52,453 nt of DNA, taken from the NCBI GenBank assembly GCA_964548505.1, contig CAZJQE010000001.1:1-52453 (forward strand), in the 5' to 3' direction. This document shows positions 35,101-43,490 of this stretch, one piece after another. The DNA comes from an uncultured Candidatus Saccharibacteria bacterium. Its GTDB lineage: Bacteria > Patescibacteriota > Minisyncoccia > Phycocordibacterales > UBA9973. Each line of letters opens with the position of its first letter. Position 1 is the stretch's first letter. Under the pieces are notes generated by a model. The model was not told the origin of the DNA and did not search any database. It was given only the letters and a program-made list of their open reading frames with translations. Both the position numbers and the translations under genes were made by a program.

Positions 35101-35826
35101 TTCATGGAAAACATCAATGCCGTCGTTGGCAATATTGTCTATCAAGGAATTCCCGAGATTCACACTGCTTGAATTGAATATCATGAAACACGAATCTGAT
35201 AAGTTCGTGCAATTTAAAACATCGGCATCAATATTGCTCACATTTTGCATAATGCCTAAATTCCCATCGGTAATTTCTACATTTTTTAGATTTAAATATG
35301 TATGGTCAAGATACGCAACCATATCTGCATATTTGAAAACTGCATTTTTAATAAAATTGCTATGTGAATCTAGAAAATTGATCCCTTGCCAATCATTTTG
35401 TAATGGCTCAAATAACGATCCACAAGTCTCGCCTATTTTATTGCCATCATCATCAAAATCTTCATCACAATATGAATCTTCGTTCGTATCGCCACCAACG
35501 GTGTCGTCGTAGTACGAAGTAAAATAAACTTTATTACTCTCTTCACCATTTATGACAATGTCACCAAAAATATTTAAAGAAACATCACTGGAAGGGTCGA
35601 ATTTTACGACAACACCTGGGTCAATGGTCAAAACCGAACCTTTTAGAACATTAATACTATTCCTTATCACATAAGGGCTGTTGTCGATGGTCCATGTGGT
35701 ATCAAATAAAATATTATTAGTTATATCGGTTGATGCAAAAGTATTTGGAGAAAAAATAAAAAACAAAAAGAGAGTGAGGGCTCCCGTAAAAAGATAAAAT
35801 GACAAATTGTCATTCGATTTTTTCAT
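32182..35826 (-). CDS. Large surface protein: beta-helix region plus LCAT/PGAP1-like alpha/beta-hydrolase lipase plus Ig-like domains plus C-terminal TM anchor
   Basis: Signal peptide. The N-terminal 400 aa are rich in Asn/Ile beta-helix-type repeats. The lipase core carries FVFPYDWRKSN and the nucleophile elbow VAHSMGGLV. The segment YSLDGGVTWKK...VQYFSTDKAGNVE is an Ig-like module. The C-terminal anchor is LILVLITVFGIILVVLIARRREQK. Confidence 0.75.
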   Translation of the reverse strand: MKKSNDNLSFYLFTGALTLFLFFIFSPNTFASTDITNNILFDTTWTIDNSPYVIRNSINVLKGSVLTIDPGVVVKFDPSSDVSLNIFGDIVINGEESNKVYFTSYYDDTVGGDTNEDSYCDEDFDDDGNKIGETCGSLFEPLQNDWQGINFLDSHSNFIKNAVFKYADMVAYLDHTYLNLKNVEITDGNLGIMQNVSNIDADVLNCTNLSDSCFMIFNSSSVNLGNSLIDNIANDGIDVFHESILNIKDTTIKNITGNFHPAILVYRNSTVTGDDLDFSHGSKDGDFVSVYNHSNFNLENSKMTNCPEYACIEVYDTFPYVSQPSSLDVDHSIFSGGVQDAISIFGDSVIIAEIHNSKIIDFPNFSINTYPNIPKNINAENNFWGNSSGPFHPDKNPTGTAGIVSNYVDFIPFCENELCKTRDPVILIPGIMGTEIKKDYGEFGELWPNISKLILSVSDNFLDDLALLPSGIDDPERPMKLGDIIRSVKVDMLGKSFNSDTFGGLISELNKAGYKEGKDLFVFPYDWRKSNADSAQKLKDKIDAVLAETGAAKVDLVAHSMGGLVAKKYIADNGGDKVDQLIFIATPHIGAPKAFKALMYGDDMGINIKDVSPFRFLNPDKVKFISQNMPGVFELLPSKKYVDDLGRKYVNDMATPRPIVLLGTPYLSYDETKNFMLKNGRNSKMFPIAESLHESIDNLDLSGINTADFTGCGTTKTITDITLKKKKSWTTLWTKLVDTFQIGYGNGDDTVPIVSASNGKYNKKYYVKGYSHSTLPSASGLKETLVSLLKGEAPANFPNVSNTMLSCDIDGVVISLQSFLELEKNVLPVIYDQLGNRTGPLENINSSGEDTDTNNVPIENNIPGVQYDRIGGATFVFLPRGGSYQFISTTVNTDGTLGGGGGVSAGSYDISIGNINGNDEKIKEIEFNNIPSDTGNEVIKIDIPETSFPDESGNIVNPIVKVDEDGDGDFEKEILPDVTLDHEKASDIIAPETQSEVSGNVVTLLPIDGNSGILETDYSLDGGVTWKKNENPITITSTPGGSDIVVQYFSTDKAGNVEQIKEIIIKATSVPSAIPIVENNIPIRHSAGGGILLTSDSQRSVLNEAKGQSLLVLPKLNSEGGANLNLPEGTILKGVQDMPITESETLVRGPFLNKKVTLNKLETKNIAKNQNKNLDTSQTASAINSTENIKLILVLITVFGIILVVLIARRREQK

Positions 35827-35950
35827 TTCATTAAATTATTTTTAGAATGCTTCTGTATATTTTATCAAAACAATTTTTTCTTGTAAAAATAAAATGTGGA
35901 AAACTATCACACGAACGAAGATTATTTATACATCGCATGAATCATATATC

Positions 35951-35971
35951 CACTTTAGTTTAGTAAAGTAG
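35951..35971 (-). repeat. TACTTTACTAAACTAAAGT motif, copy 4 (inverted)
   Basis: The plus strand reads CACTTTAGTTTAGTAAAGTAG. It lies about 125 nt upstream of the minus-strand ATG at 35826. Confidence 0.85.
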
Positions 35972-36132
35972 ATAGTGAGAAAATGTTATATAATTAATAA
36001 AATAAATAAAAACTACATTATTTAGAACTAGCAAGGAATCCCTTTGCTTATATTTGACTTTTAAGTAAAAATATGCTATACATGATAGATACTTTTGATC
36101 CTTGAAAATATTCATTTTGGGGTTTTTGGAGA

Positions 36133-36187
36133 TTAGTGAATCACCTTGGCTTGTCAAAGCCCTTGGCAATTCTAGGCGATTCACTAA
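36133..36187 (+). other. Inverted repeat or 5'-leader hairpin upstream of the lipoprotein gene
   Basis: TTAGTGAATCACC ... GGCGATTCACTAA encloses the hairpin GGCTT-GTCA-AAGCC. It ends 50 nt before the ATG at 36237. Confidence 0.5.
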
Positions 36188-36236
36188 ATATAAATAATTT
36201 TTAAATAATAATTTTATCCACCAAAAACTGACTGAA

Positions 36237-37070
36237 ATGAAAAATGTAAAATTGAATTTCGCTATTTTGATTTTCCTGTTTGGAGTAATGCTCGCAGGAT
36301 GTTCGCACAAAAATTCCGAACCAAAGGGGTACAAGGTATTCTCTAACGGGAAGAATTATGCAATTTCTACCCCAGATGCCAATCCAGGGAATGTCGGGTA
36401 TCAGTACGATTCCGTACTTGTGCTGAAAAATAATAAATGGCAGCCCCCAGACACAAGTAAAATTTACGACTCCATTACAAACTTCAAAATTCGGGTTGGT
36501 AAATGGGGAATCCTGAGAGACAGAATGTTTGTTCTCTCAACCATCTGGGATGAAATTAGTATTGATCAGAAAATGTGGAAAACAAAAAAAGAAGATTCAG
36601 CCCATCTTTTTAATCAAGATGGAGAAGAAATTTTTCCACCAGTATCGTACAATAATAAGAAATCTATGGGCCATGGACTTTTACGGGTTTACGATTCCGC
36701 ACTTGAAATTACTGGATACATTGATAGCATCTCCAATAAAATTATCGTCCCATTGAAAAATTGGGAGTACTTGGGTGATCCGGTGGAGGACGCCATAGTA
36801 TTTTCATCTGAAGAAGAAGACGGGTATTACACCCTACAAGGTGAAAAACACGTCCTTGATGGAGTAAAAATATCTTCCAATTTTTATTATGGGAAAATCA
36901 TAGCCCATGATAGAAAAACATGGCTGGTTGGGATGATAACAATGGATGGAACACGGTGTGTTCCATTTATATGGAATGGTGCGTCAATTGATACGGCACT
37001 CGGTACAGCAAAATTTTATGACAAAAAAGGTCTTGGATTGACTTCAAACGTCAAACCAAGACGATACTGA
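36237..37070 (+). CDS. Lipoprotein with WG-type beta repeats
   Basis: Lipobox LFGVMLAGCS. Repeats of the type VGKWGILRD, GYIDSISNKIIVP and GMITMDGTRCVPFIW. G+C is visibly higher than in the neighbours. Confidence 0.6.
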   Translation: MKNVKLNFAILIFLFGVMLAGCSHKNSEPKGYKVFSNGKNYAISTPDANPGNVGYQYDSVLVLKNNKWQPPDTSKIYDSITNFKIRVGKWGILRDRMFVLSTIWDEISIDQKMWKTKKEDSAHLFNQDGEEIFPPVSYNNKKSMGHGLLRVYDSALEITGYIDSISNKIIVPLKNWEYLGDPVEDAIVFSSEEEDGYYTLQGEKHVLDGVKISSNFYYGKIIAHDRKTWLVGMITMDGTRCVPFIWNGASIDTALGTAKFYDKKGLGLTSNVKPRRY

Positions 37071-37087
37071 ATCAAAAAAATGATTCT

Positions 37088-37123
37088 AGCCAACCTACAC
37101 ATTGCGGGTTGGCTATTTTTTTT
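37088..37123. terminator. Bidirectional rho-independent terminator
   Basis: AGCCAACC-loop-GGTTGGCT, flanked by A/T runs on both sides, between convergent genes. Confidence 0.75.
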
Positions 37124-37685
37124 AATCTTTTTTGTAAAAATGTACAACAAGAGTAATGGTAAGGAGTGCAAAGAATGCCGTAAGAGAAAGTATTGGAATT
37201 GAAATATATCCGCCAAATTCTGAAACTAAATGTTGATAACAAGAAACACCCGTGGCATCACATGGGGTACTACCCGTCTCGCCAAAGTAATACTCAAAAT
37301 TCTGATACAGAGACACTACAAAACCAATTGAAAGTAGTGGAATGATATATTTCACTATTATTTTTGATTCACTTAATTGTTTTTTGAAATTATTCCAAAG
37401 AGCAACTGCAAAAATGAAAACTTGCGGGAAAAGAAAAACACGTTGAAACCAACAAAGCTCGCATGGTGGAAATTTTATAATTTCAGAATATACGAGAGAA
37501 AATAATGCCGACAAAAAAGAAACCAGAAAGCCAATAACTAAAAAATGATGCTCAATAAAATCTAAGAAGTTATTTTTTTTGGGTCCAAAGAAAAGTACCA
37601 ACAAAACAACTAAGGAAATAATTTGCAGAATTATTGCCCCTGCTCCTAAAAAGATATTTAGATAATGAACTGTTGTTGGATTCAT
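37122..37685 (-). CDS. DsbB/BdbC-type disulfide bond formation protein
   Basis: FPPCELCWFQRVFLFPQ (CxxC plus the WxQR motif). A second Cys pair, CDATGVSC, lies in the second loop. Confidence 0.8.
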   Translation of the reverse strand: MNPTTVHYLNIFLGAGAIILQIISLVVLLVLFFGPKKNNFLDFIEHHFLVIGFLVSFLSALFSLVYSEIIKFPPCELCWFQRVFLFPQVFIFAVALWNNFKKQLSESKIIVKYIIPLLSIGFVVSLYQNFEYYFGETGSTPCDATGVSCYQHLVSEFGGYISIPILSLTAFFALLTITLVVHFYKKD

Positions 37686-37688
37686 TTT

Positions 37689-38096
37689 TTATTTTACTGC
37701 TGCGCCTGCTGGCATTTCACAAGAAGTTTTGTCTGCTAGCTCTTTGATCTTGACTTCACCAGACAATTGAGTACCGTCTGCAAAAATCCAAGTTGGATAA
37801 CCTTGTATTTTTTTATCTATACATATTTGAGTCTGTCCTTGACCATCTGGAGTAGAACACTCAACATATGGCAAAAGTTTTGCTGAAGAGCCAAATTCTT
37901 TTTTCTGTGCTTGGCAATGTGGACACCAAAATGCACCATAAAATACTGCGCCTTTGTCTTTTAAGCAAGTTGCAAGAGCATCATAATTGACAGTTGGAGT
38001 ACTTTTCCCAGCACCAGTAACTATAAAAGTACCGACTGCCCCTAAAACCAAAACGATAATTACTGTAAAAAAAATTGTTTTTTGTGTATTTTTCAT
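37689..38096 (-). CDS. Membrane-anchored thioredoxin-like protein (VKOR-partner type Trx domain)
   Basis: GAVFYGAFWCPHCQAQKKEFG...YVECS...GYPTWIF. Confidence 0.8.
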   Translation of the reverse strand: MKNTQKTIFFTVIIVLVLGAVGTFIVTGAGKSTPTVNYDALATCLKDKGAVFYGAFWCPHCQAQKKEFGSSAKLLPYVECSTPDGQGQTQICIDKKIQGYPTWIFADGTQLSGEVKIKELADKTSCEMPAGAAVK

Positions 38097-38112
38097 AGAC
38101 TACGATTATAAC

Positions 38113-38189
38113 ACCCAGTAGTAGATTTTGGCAATGTAAATTTTATAAAATTTACGCACTTTGTGCTTTGCCAAAACTCACTACTGGGT
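38113..38189. repeat. Long imperfect hairpin element, copy 2
   Basis: ACCCAGTAGTAGATTTTGGCAA ... TTGCCAAAACTCACTACTGGGT, with apical hairpins. It ends 3 nt from the dgkA stop codon. Confidence 0.7.
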
Positions 38190-38192
38190 AAC

Positions 38193-38585
38193 TTAAACTA
38201 ATAAAATTAAAATTTTCGGAATAAAAATTATCATACCAACTATTGCTCCTAAAATACAGGATAACAAAACTGCTGCCGCGGCAACATCCTTGGTATCTCG
38301 TGCATAAGGATGATAGTTGGGACTTGTAAGGTCAATATCAATCTCAAAAGCAGTATTTAAAGTTTCAGAAACAAGAACAAGACCTATTGAAAATATAATG
38401 AAGAGCCATTCGGTAGTTGAAATATTTAATGCAAAACCTAAATATATTGCAACTAAAGCAAGAAAAATTTGGGCCCAAAAATTGTGAGTGGTTTTTATTA
38501 GAATACCAAGCCCTCGCCAAGCATAATTGGCACTTCTAATTCTCACAACAACTGAAAATCTTTTTTTCTCCTTTTTAGTTTCCAT
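38193..38585 (-). CDS. dgkA: Diacylglycerol/undecaprenol kinase
   Basis: SANYAWRGL..., SETLNTAFEIDIDL and DTKDVAAAAVL. Confidence 0.85.
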   Translation of the reverse strand: METKKEKKRFSVVVRIRSANYAWRGLGILIKTTHNFWAQIFLALVAIYLGFALNISTTEWLFIIFSIGLVLVSETLNTAFEIDIDLTSPNYHPYARDTKDVAAAAVLLSCILGAIVGMIIFIPKILILLV

Positions 38586-38600
38586 TCCAATATTATAAAA

Positions 38601-39032
38601 CTATTCAAACTTTATATCAAAAGGATACATTCCCATTCCGCAAGTTCCTTGAAAAGTTCCTGCTTTTTCTACACCTATATCTATATCAGTAGTACCAGTC
38701 ATAGGAAGATTCTTGCTGATATTTAATTCTGGAATCCTGATAACTGAAGAACAATCAAAAGTGCCATTTGTATCAACTCGCAAGATTGTCGGCAAATTTG
38801 CTTTAGCAATACTATGAATAGGAGTAAAACCACCTTTAGCTGTAATCTTGATAATTTGTTTACCATCTACAACAGAAATATTGTTGGCGTACTCTTCCCT
38901 TTCTGTTCCATTAATCAAAGTTCCCCTTTCTCTAGAATTTCTACTTGAAAAATAAAGTGCCCCTAAAATAAAAACTATTACAAGGAGAATTGAAGCGATA
39001 ATATATATGTTTGATTTAATTAAATTTTTCAT
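38601..39032 (-). CDS. Membrane-anchored cupredoxin-like protein
   Basis: TM anchor. The beta-rich domain ends FQGTCGMGMYPFDIKF (Cys/Met ligand-like). The start was placed at MKNLIKS, directly after the upstream stop. Confidence 0.6.
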   Translation of the reverse strand: MKNLIKSNIYIIASILLVIVFILGALYFSSRNSRERGTLINGTEREEYANNISVVDGKQIIKITAKGGFTPIHSIAKANLPTILRVDTNGTFDCSSVIRIPELNISKNLPMTGTTDIDIGVEKAGTFQGTCGMGMYPFDIKFE

Positions 39033-39033
39033 A

Positions 39034-40143
39034 TTAAAAGTTAAAAATTGGTGGCAATACTCCAATTACAACTAATGAGTTAATAAGATTGAACAAACCG
39101 AATAAAATAACAATAAGTCCAGCAGTTTTCCAAAATATTCCTGACTTTGAACTTTTCTCAATTGAAGAAGAACTAAATGAGAGTAATGCGAGTACTGGAA
39201 ATGTACCTAACGCAAATGAAAGCATCGTAAGGGAGCCTTGCAAGAAGTTTCCAGTCGTTAAGGTAAAAAGTTGCATTGACTGAGTAAAGCCACAAGGTAA
39301 AAAGAAAGTAGCCACTCCAACAAGTAATGGAGTAAGAGTATGATTTAACTTTGATACTCCAAGGGCATGACGCGACAAAAATTTCGGCATACCAGGTTGC
39401 AATCGCTTTGCCCAAGGAAATACATCAAGTAAATTTATTCCTAAAATCAACATCACAAGTGCAATAATAAAACTTAAAATAAAAGTTCCGAATGAATTTA
39501 ATTGGAATGCGGAACCCAAGGCTCCGATTACTCCGCCTAAAACAAAAAATGAAACAATGCGTCCAACATGAAACATAATTTGTGGTTTAAATTTATCACC
39601 CCTAAACCCTCCGGGTCGGGCGTGCGAATAATTCGCATTAGCCTCTTTGGCAAAAGTTGCAGACATTGAAAGAAGAAGTCCGCCGACAACTGCCATACAA
39701 GAAGAAAGTGAAGCAATAATCCCTATTACAAAAGCTGTTCCATAAGAAATCTTCGTAGCATTCACTAAATTTATCAATCCAATTTTTTGTAATACGATAT
39801 AAATTACAACGAACAAAACTGTAATCGGAATTGCAATATAAAACTCTTTCCAATTTATTTTTTTCTCAATTTTCTCCACTGATAGTGTATATCCATGTGG
39901 ATGAAGAACAGATGAAAGTTCTTCGGCAACTTGTAGTGGTGTTTTGTCATCAAAATCCCCTACTACTTCTACTAGACTTGATTTAAGACTTGCTTTAACA
40001 CTACTGATATAAGGAAATTCTTTGAGCTCGCTCTCAGTCATAAGCTCACAAGCCTTGCAATGCATCCCTCTAATATGAAATCTAAATGTTTGTTCCTGTT
40101 TATTTTCTTGTTCTTTTTGCATAAAGTTTTTTAATTCTAACAT
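39034..40143 (-). CDS. HMA-domain plus DsbD_2/TauE-like membrane protein
   Basis: N-terminal FRFHIRGMHCKACE (heavy-metal-associated) followed by a 6-7 TM domain. Confidence 0.7.
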   Translation of the reverse strand: MLELKNFMQKEQENKQEQTFRFHIRGMHCKACELMTESELKEFPYISSVKASLKSSLVEVVGDFDDKTPLQVAEELSSVLHPHGYTLSVEKIEKKINWKEFYIAIPITVLFVVIYIVLQKIGLINLVNATKISYGTAFVIGIIASLSSCMAVVGGLLLSMSATFAKEANANYSHARPGGFRGDKFKPQIMFHVGRIVSFFVLGGVIGALGSAFQLNSFGTFILSFIIALVMLILGINLLDVFPWAKRLQPGMPKFLSRHALGVSKLNHTLTPLLVGVATFFLPCGFTQSMQLFTLTTGNFLQGSLTMLSFALGTFPVLALLSFSSSSIEKSSKSGIFWKTAGLIVILFGLFNLINSLVVIGVLPPIFNF

Positions 40144-40155
40144 AATAAAAAATAA

Positions 40156-42411
40156 TTAGTAGAGTTTTTTTGTTTTAATTCTCAATGAATTAGATACGAC
40201 TGAAACAGATGATAATGCCATGGCAAGGCCTGCAAAAACAGGGTTCAGCAACCAGCCGAAAAATGGATAGAAAAGTCCGGCGGCAAGCGGAATACCAATG
40301 ATGTTGTAAAAGAATGCCCAAAAAAGATTTTGTTTTATACCTCGCATGGTTATCTTTGAAAGTTTTATCGCTTTTACAAGTTTTGAAATATCTCCATGAA
40401 GAAGCGTTATTCCCGCAGATTCAATGGCCACATCTGTACCTGTACCCATGGCAATCCCCACATCAGCTTGGGCCAAGGCTGGTGCATCATTGACCCCATC
40501 TCCTGCCATCGCAACAATTTTACCACTTCTCTGTAATTCTTTTATTTTTTCAAGTTTATCTTGTGGCATTACATGCGCCACAACCTCATCAATGCCAACA
40601 AGTGATGCAATATATTGTGCTGCTTTTTCATCATCCCCTGTAACCATAATTATTTTTATTCCAAGTTTGTGAAGATTTTCAATAGCTTTTTTTGATTCAA
40701 GTTTTATTTCATCAGCAATCATAACAAAACCAAGTACTTCGTTTTTTGTCGCAACAATAACTGGAGTTTTGCCTTGTTTTGTAAATTCTTCCAACACACT
40801 TCTATCAAAATTAATTTTCAAATCTTCTATAAGTTTTGTATTACCAGCAAAATATGAAACACCATTTACTTTTCCACTCAAACCTTTTCCTTCTATATTT
40901 TCGAATTCTTGAACCATCTCGAAAGAGACATGATTTTCTTTTGCCCTTACAGGATCTTCGACATAACTAACGATGGCATGAGCAATGGGATGTTCGGATT
41001 TACTTTCTAGATTTGCAAGTATTGATAAAAATTCATTATCTTTCATCTTGGAAAAATTTTGGATATCTACAAGAGTTGGCTTTCCTTTTGTTATCGTACC
41101 TGTTTTATCCACAATTATAGTATCTACTTTATAAAGTTTTTCTAAAGTTGCAGCGTCTTTTATTAAAATCCCTTCCTTTGCACCCTTACCCACACCCACA
41201 ATAATCGCCGTAGGAGTCGCAAGCCCTAAAGCACATGGACAAGCAATAACAAGTACCGCTACGAAGGACATAAGACCATACGATAGTCCCAACGCACCAC
41301 CAAAGACAATCCAAGTAATAAGTGTGACAAATGCAATCACAAGTACAATTGGCACAAAAATACCTGAAATCCTATCAGCTAGTGCTTGAATCGGGGCCTT
41401 GGATCCTTGTGCTTCTTCCACCATTTTAATAATCTGAGCAAGTAATGTCTCATTGCCAACTTTAGTCGCTTTAAATGTAAATGATCCACTTGTATTTATT
41501 GTCCCTGCCGAAACGATATCTCCAACTTTTTTTTGTACTGGCATCGGCTCGCCTGTGATCATAGATTCATCTATATATGAATTTCCTTCTGTTACAATTC
41601 CATCAACTGGAATTTTTGATCCTGGTTTTACGATAATAATATCTCCGTGTACAACATCATTAATTGATATCTCAATTTCTTTTCCATCTCTCACCACAAG
41701 TGCAGTTTTTGCTTGTAAATTTAAAAGTTCCTCTATTGCGTCACTGGTCTTTGCTTTTGATCTAATTTCAAGATATTTTCCAAGCGCAACAAAAGTAATT
41801 ACCACGATTGTGACATCATAATATGAATGCAATAAATTTGAATAATTTGAGAGTATTGTTTCTCCAAATGCACTAATGATAAAACTATATAAAAATGCAA
41901 CAGATGTACCTATCCCTATTAAAGTATCCATATTTGCTTTGCCATATTTTATGAATCTATATACACCAAGTAAATATGGCTTTCCTAACACAAAAAGAAT
42001 ATATGTAGCAAAAACAGGCATCAAATGATGAAAGAATGATTTTACTACTTCACTCATCTCTGGCAAAATTCTATATTTTGAAAAAATTTCCCAAGCCATA
42101 AAAAGAATACTGATAACTGCAAGCGGTATTGCCGTAATTATTTTATTTTTCATTTCTTTTAATTTAGAATTTTCTTTCACACCACTTTTGGGCTTATCCC
42201 CAAAAACAAAACTATATCCTAATGGTTTTATTCTCTCAGAAAGATTTTCAATATTTGTTTTTGTTTCATTAATCAAAATTTTTGCCGACTCTGCCCCATA
42301 ACTAACTTCCGCTGAAATTACCCCATCAGTTTTTTTGAGAGTTTTTTCTATTATCCCCGCACATGATGCACAGTGCATACCTTTGATTTTGTATATTTTT
42401 GTATTATTCAT
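40156..42411 (-). CDS. copA: Copper-translocating P1B-type ATPase
   Basis: GMHCASCAG (HMA), [17 protein letters not shown] and [10 protein letters not shown]. Confidence 0.95.
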   Translation of the reverse strand: MNNTKIYKIKGMHCASCAGIIEKTLKKTDGVISAEVSYGAESAKILINETKTNIENLSERIKPLGYSFVFGDKPKSGVKENSKLKEMKNKIITAIPLAVISILFMAWEIFSKYRILPEMSEVVKSFFHHLMPVFATYILFVLGKPYLLGVYRFIKYGKANMDTLIGIGTSVAFLYSFIISAFGETILSNYSNLLHSYYDVTIVVITFVALGKYLEIRSKAKTSDAIEELLNLQAKTALVVRDGKEIEISINDVVHGDIIIVKPGSKIPVDGIVTEGNSYIDESMITGEPMPVQKKVGDIVSAGTINTSGSFTFKATKVGNETLLAQIIKMVEEAQGSKAPIQALADRISGIFVPIVLVIAFVTLITWIVFGGALGLSYGLMSFVAVLVIACPCALGLATPTAIIVGVGKGAKEGILIKDAATLEKLYKVDTIIVDKTGTITKGKPTLVDIQNFSKMKDNEFLSILANLESKSEHPIAHAIVSYVEDPVRAKENHVSFEMVQEFENIEGKGLSGKVNGVSYFAGNTKLIEDLKINFDRSVLEEFTKQGKTPVIVATKNEVLGFVMIADEIKLESKKAIENLHKLGIKIIMVTGDDEKAAQYIASLVGIDEVVAHVMPQDKLEKIKELQRSGKIVAMAGDGVNDAPALAQADVGIAMGTGTDVAIESAGITLLHGDISKLVKAIKLSKITMRGIKQNLFWAFFYNIIGIPLAAGLFYPFFGWLLNPVFAGLAMALSSVSVVSNSLRIKTKKLY

Positions 42412-42550
42412 TCTTAATTTTTTTTAGAAATTGTTTTGTTCTTTTTTGGGGTTTCGAGCTCGACAGAGCGACCTGCCTGCCGGTAGGGAGGGAACTTCAG
42501 GAATTTTTAAGCTTCAAAAAATCTCTACCCTAAAATTATTAAATAAATTT

Positions 42551-42811
42551 TTACTTACGTTTTAGTTTATAAACCTTTAACATTTCTTTCGTCGCCTTAT
42601 CGACTTGTCCTTTTTGTATTTGATGCACCAAGCAGTGCCCAAGGTGCCCTTCCATAAGTTCATCTTCGATATTTGATAAACCTTGTTTTACAGCTGAAGT
42701 CTGAGTGATGACATCAATGCAATATACATCTTCTTCTATCATTCTCTGTAGACCTCTTACCTGTCCTTCAAGTATTTTTAATCTTCGAATTAATTTTTGT
42801 TTTTTATTCAT
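42551..42811 (-). CDS. csoR: CsoR-family metal-sensing repressor
   Basis: RLKILEGQVRGLQRMIEEDVYCIDVITQTSAV...GHLGHC. Confidence 0.9.
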   Translation of the reverse strand: MNKKQKLIRRLKILEGQVRGLQRMIEEDVYCIDVITQTSAVKQGLSNIEDELMEGHLGHCLVHQIQKGQVDKATKEMLKVYKLKRK

Positions 42812-42825
42812 AACATATCTATTAT

Positions 42826-42843
42826 ATACCCCCTAGGGGGTAT
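42826..42843. promoter_or_regulatory. CsoR-type operator palindrome
   Basis: ATACCCCCTAGGGGGTAT, 15 nt upstream of the csoR ATG. This is the G/C-tract palindrome typical of CsoR boxes. Confidence 0.7.
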
Positions 42844-42976
42844 GGTCAAATGTAAATTGTGGAAAAATAATATAATTGTAAAATTAGCTAAAGTGTGGTA
42901 TTATAAAAACTGGAGAGCGAAAATCGCTCTTTTGTTCTTTGTAAGAGCATATATAAAAATTTAATACGGAGGACCC

Positions 42977-43468
42977 GTGGAAATAATATTAAGAAATATC
43001 TTTTCGATGGGCACATTTATCCGTCGAAAATTTACCAAAACCATTAGTATAGACCTGGTGTTCTGGATTTATGCAACAACGTCACTTGTCTTAAAAGGTC
43101 TTATTAGTTTTGTTTTTTTGAAGAATTTTCATTGGATTCTGATATCAATCATAAATTTTCCGATTGCTATAATAATTACTTTATCTTTTATTTGGATATC
43201 AAATAAACAGAAAATTGATTGGCATGCAAAAAAGAAAAGCGGGTTGATTTCAAAGATAATAAAATACTATTACAAAAAAAACAAAATTATGGAACTATTA
43301 TGGGTTCTTTCTGGAACTGATCCTTTTTTCTATTATGAATATTTAGAAAAGGAATCAACTAAAAGAAAACTCGTAAAGTGGACATTGCTAATGTTGAGTC
43401 TACTATTTACATCCTTAACATGGATGGGTTTCGGGATATTGTATAGATTAATAAAAGGAGAGTTGTAA
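42977..43468 (+). CDS. Polytopic membrane protein, unknown function (GTG start in the ORF track)
   Basis: Four TM helices. Followed by a terminator. Confidence 0.4.
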   Translation: MEIILRNIFSMGTFIRRKFTKTISIDLVFWIYATTSLVLKGLISFVFLKNFHWILISIINFPIAIIITLSFIWISNKQKIDWHAKKKSGLISKIIKYYYKKNKIMELLWVLSGTDPFFYYEYLEKESTKRKLVKWTLLMLSLLFTSLTWMGFGILYRLIKGEL

Positions 43469-43490
43469 AAATCAATGACTCTCCTTTTTT
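43457..43490. terminator. Bidirectional terminator
   Basis: AAAAGGAGAGT-loop-ACTCTCCTTTTTT, between convergent genes. Confidence 0.7.

Noticed and set aside
35960-36334. 124-aa minus-strand ORF in the divergent intergenic region
   Set aside because: It crosses the promoter region and the start of the well-supported plus-strand lipoprotein gene. The translation is low-complexity.
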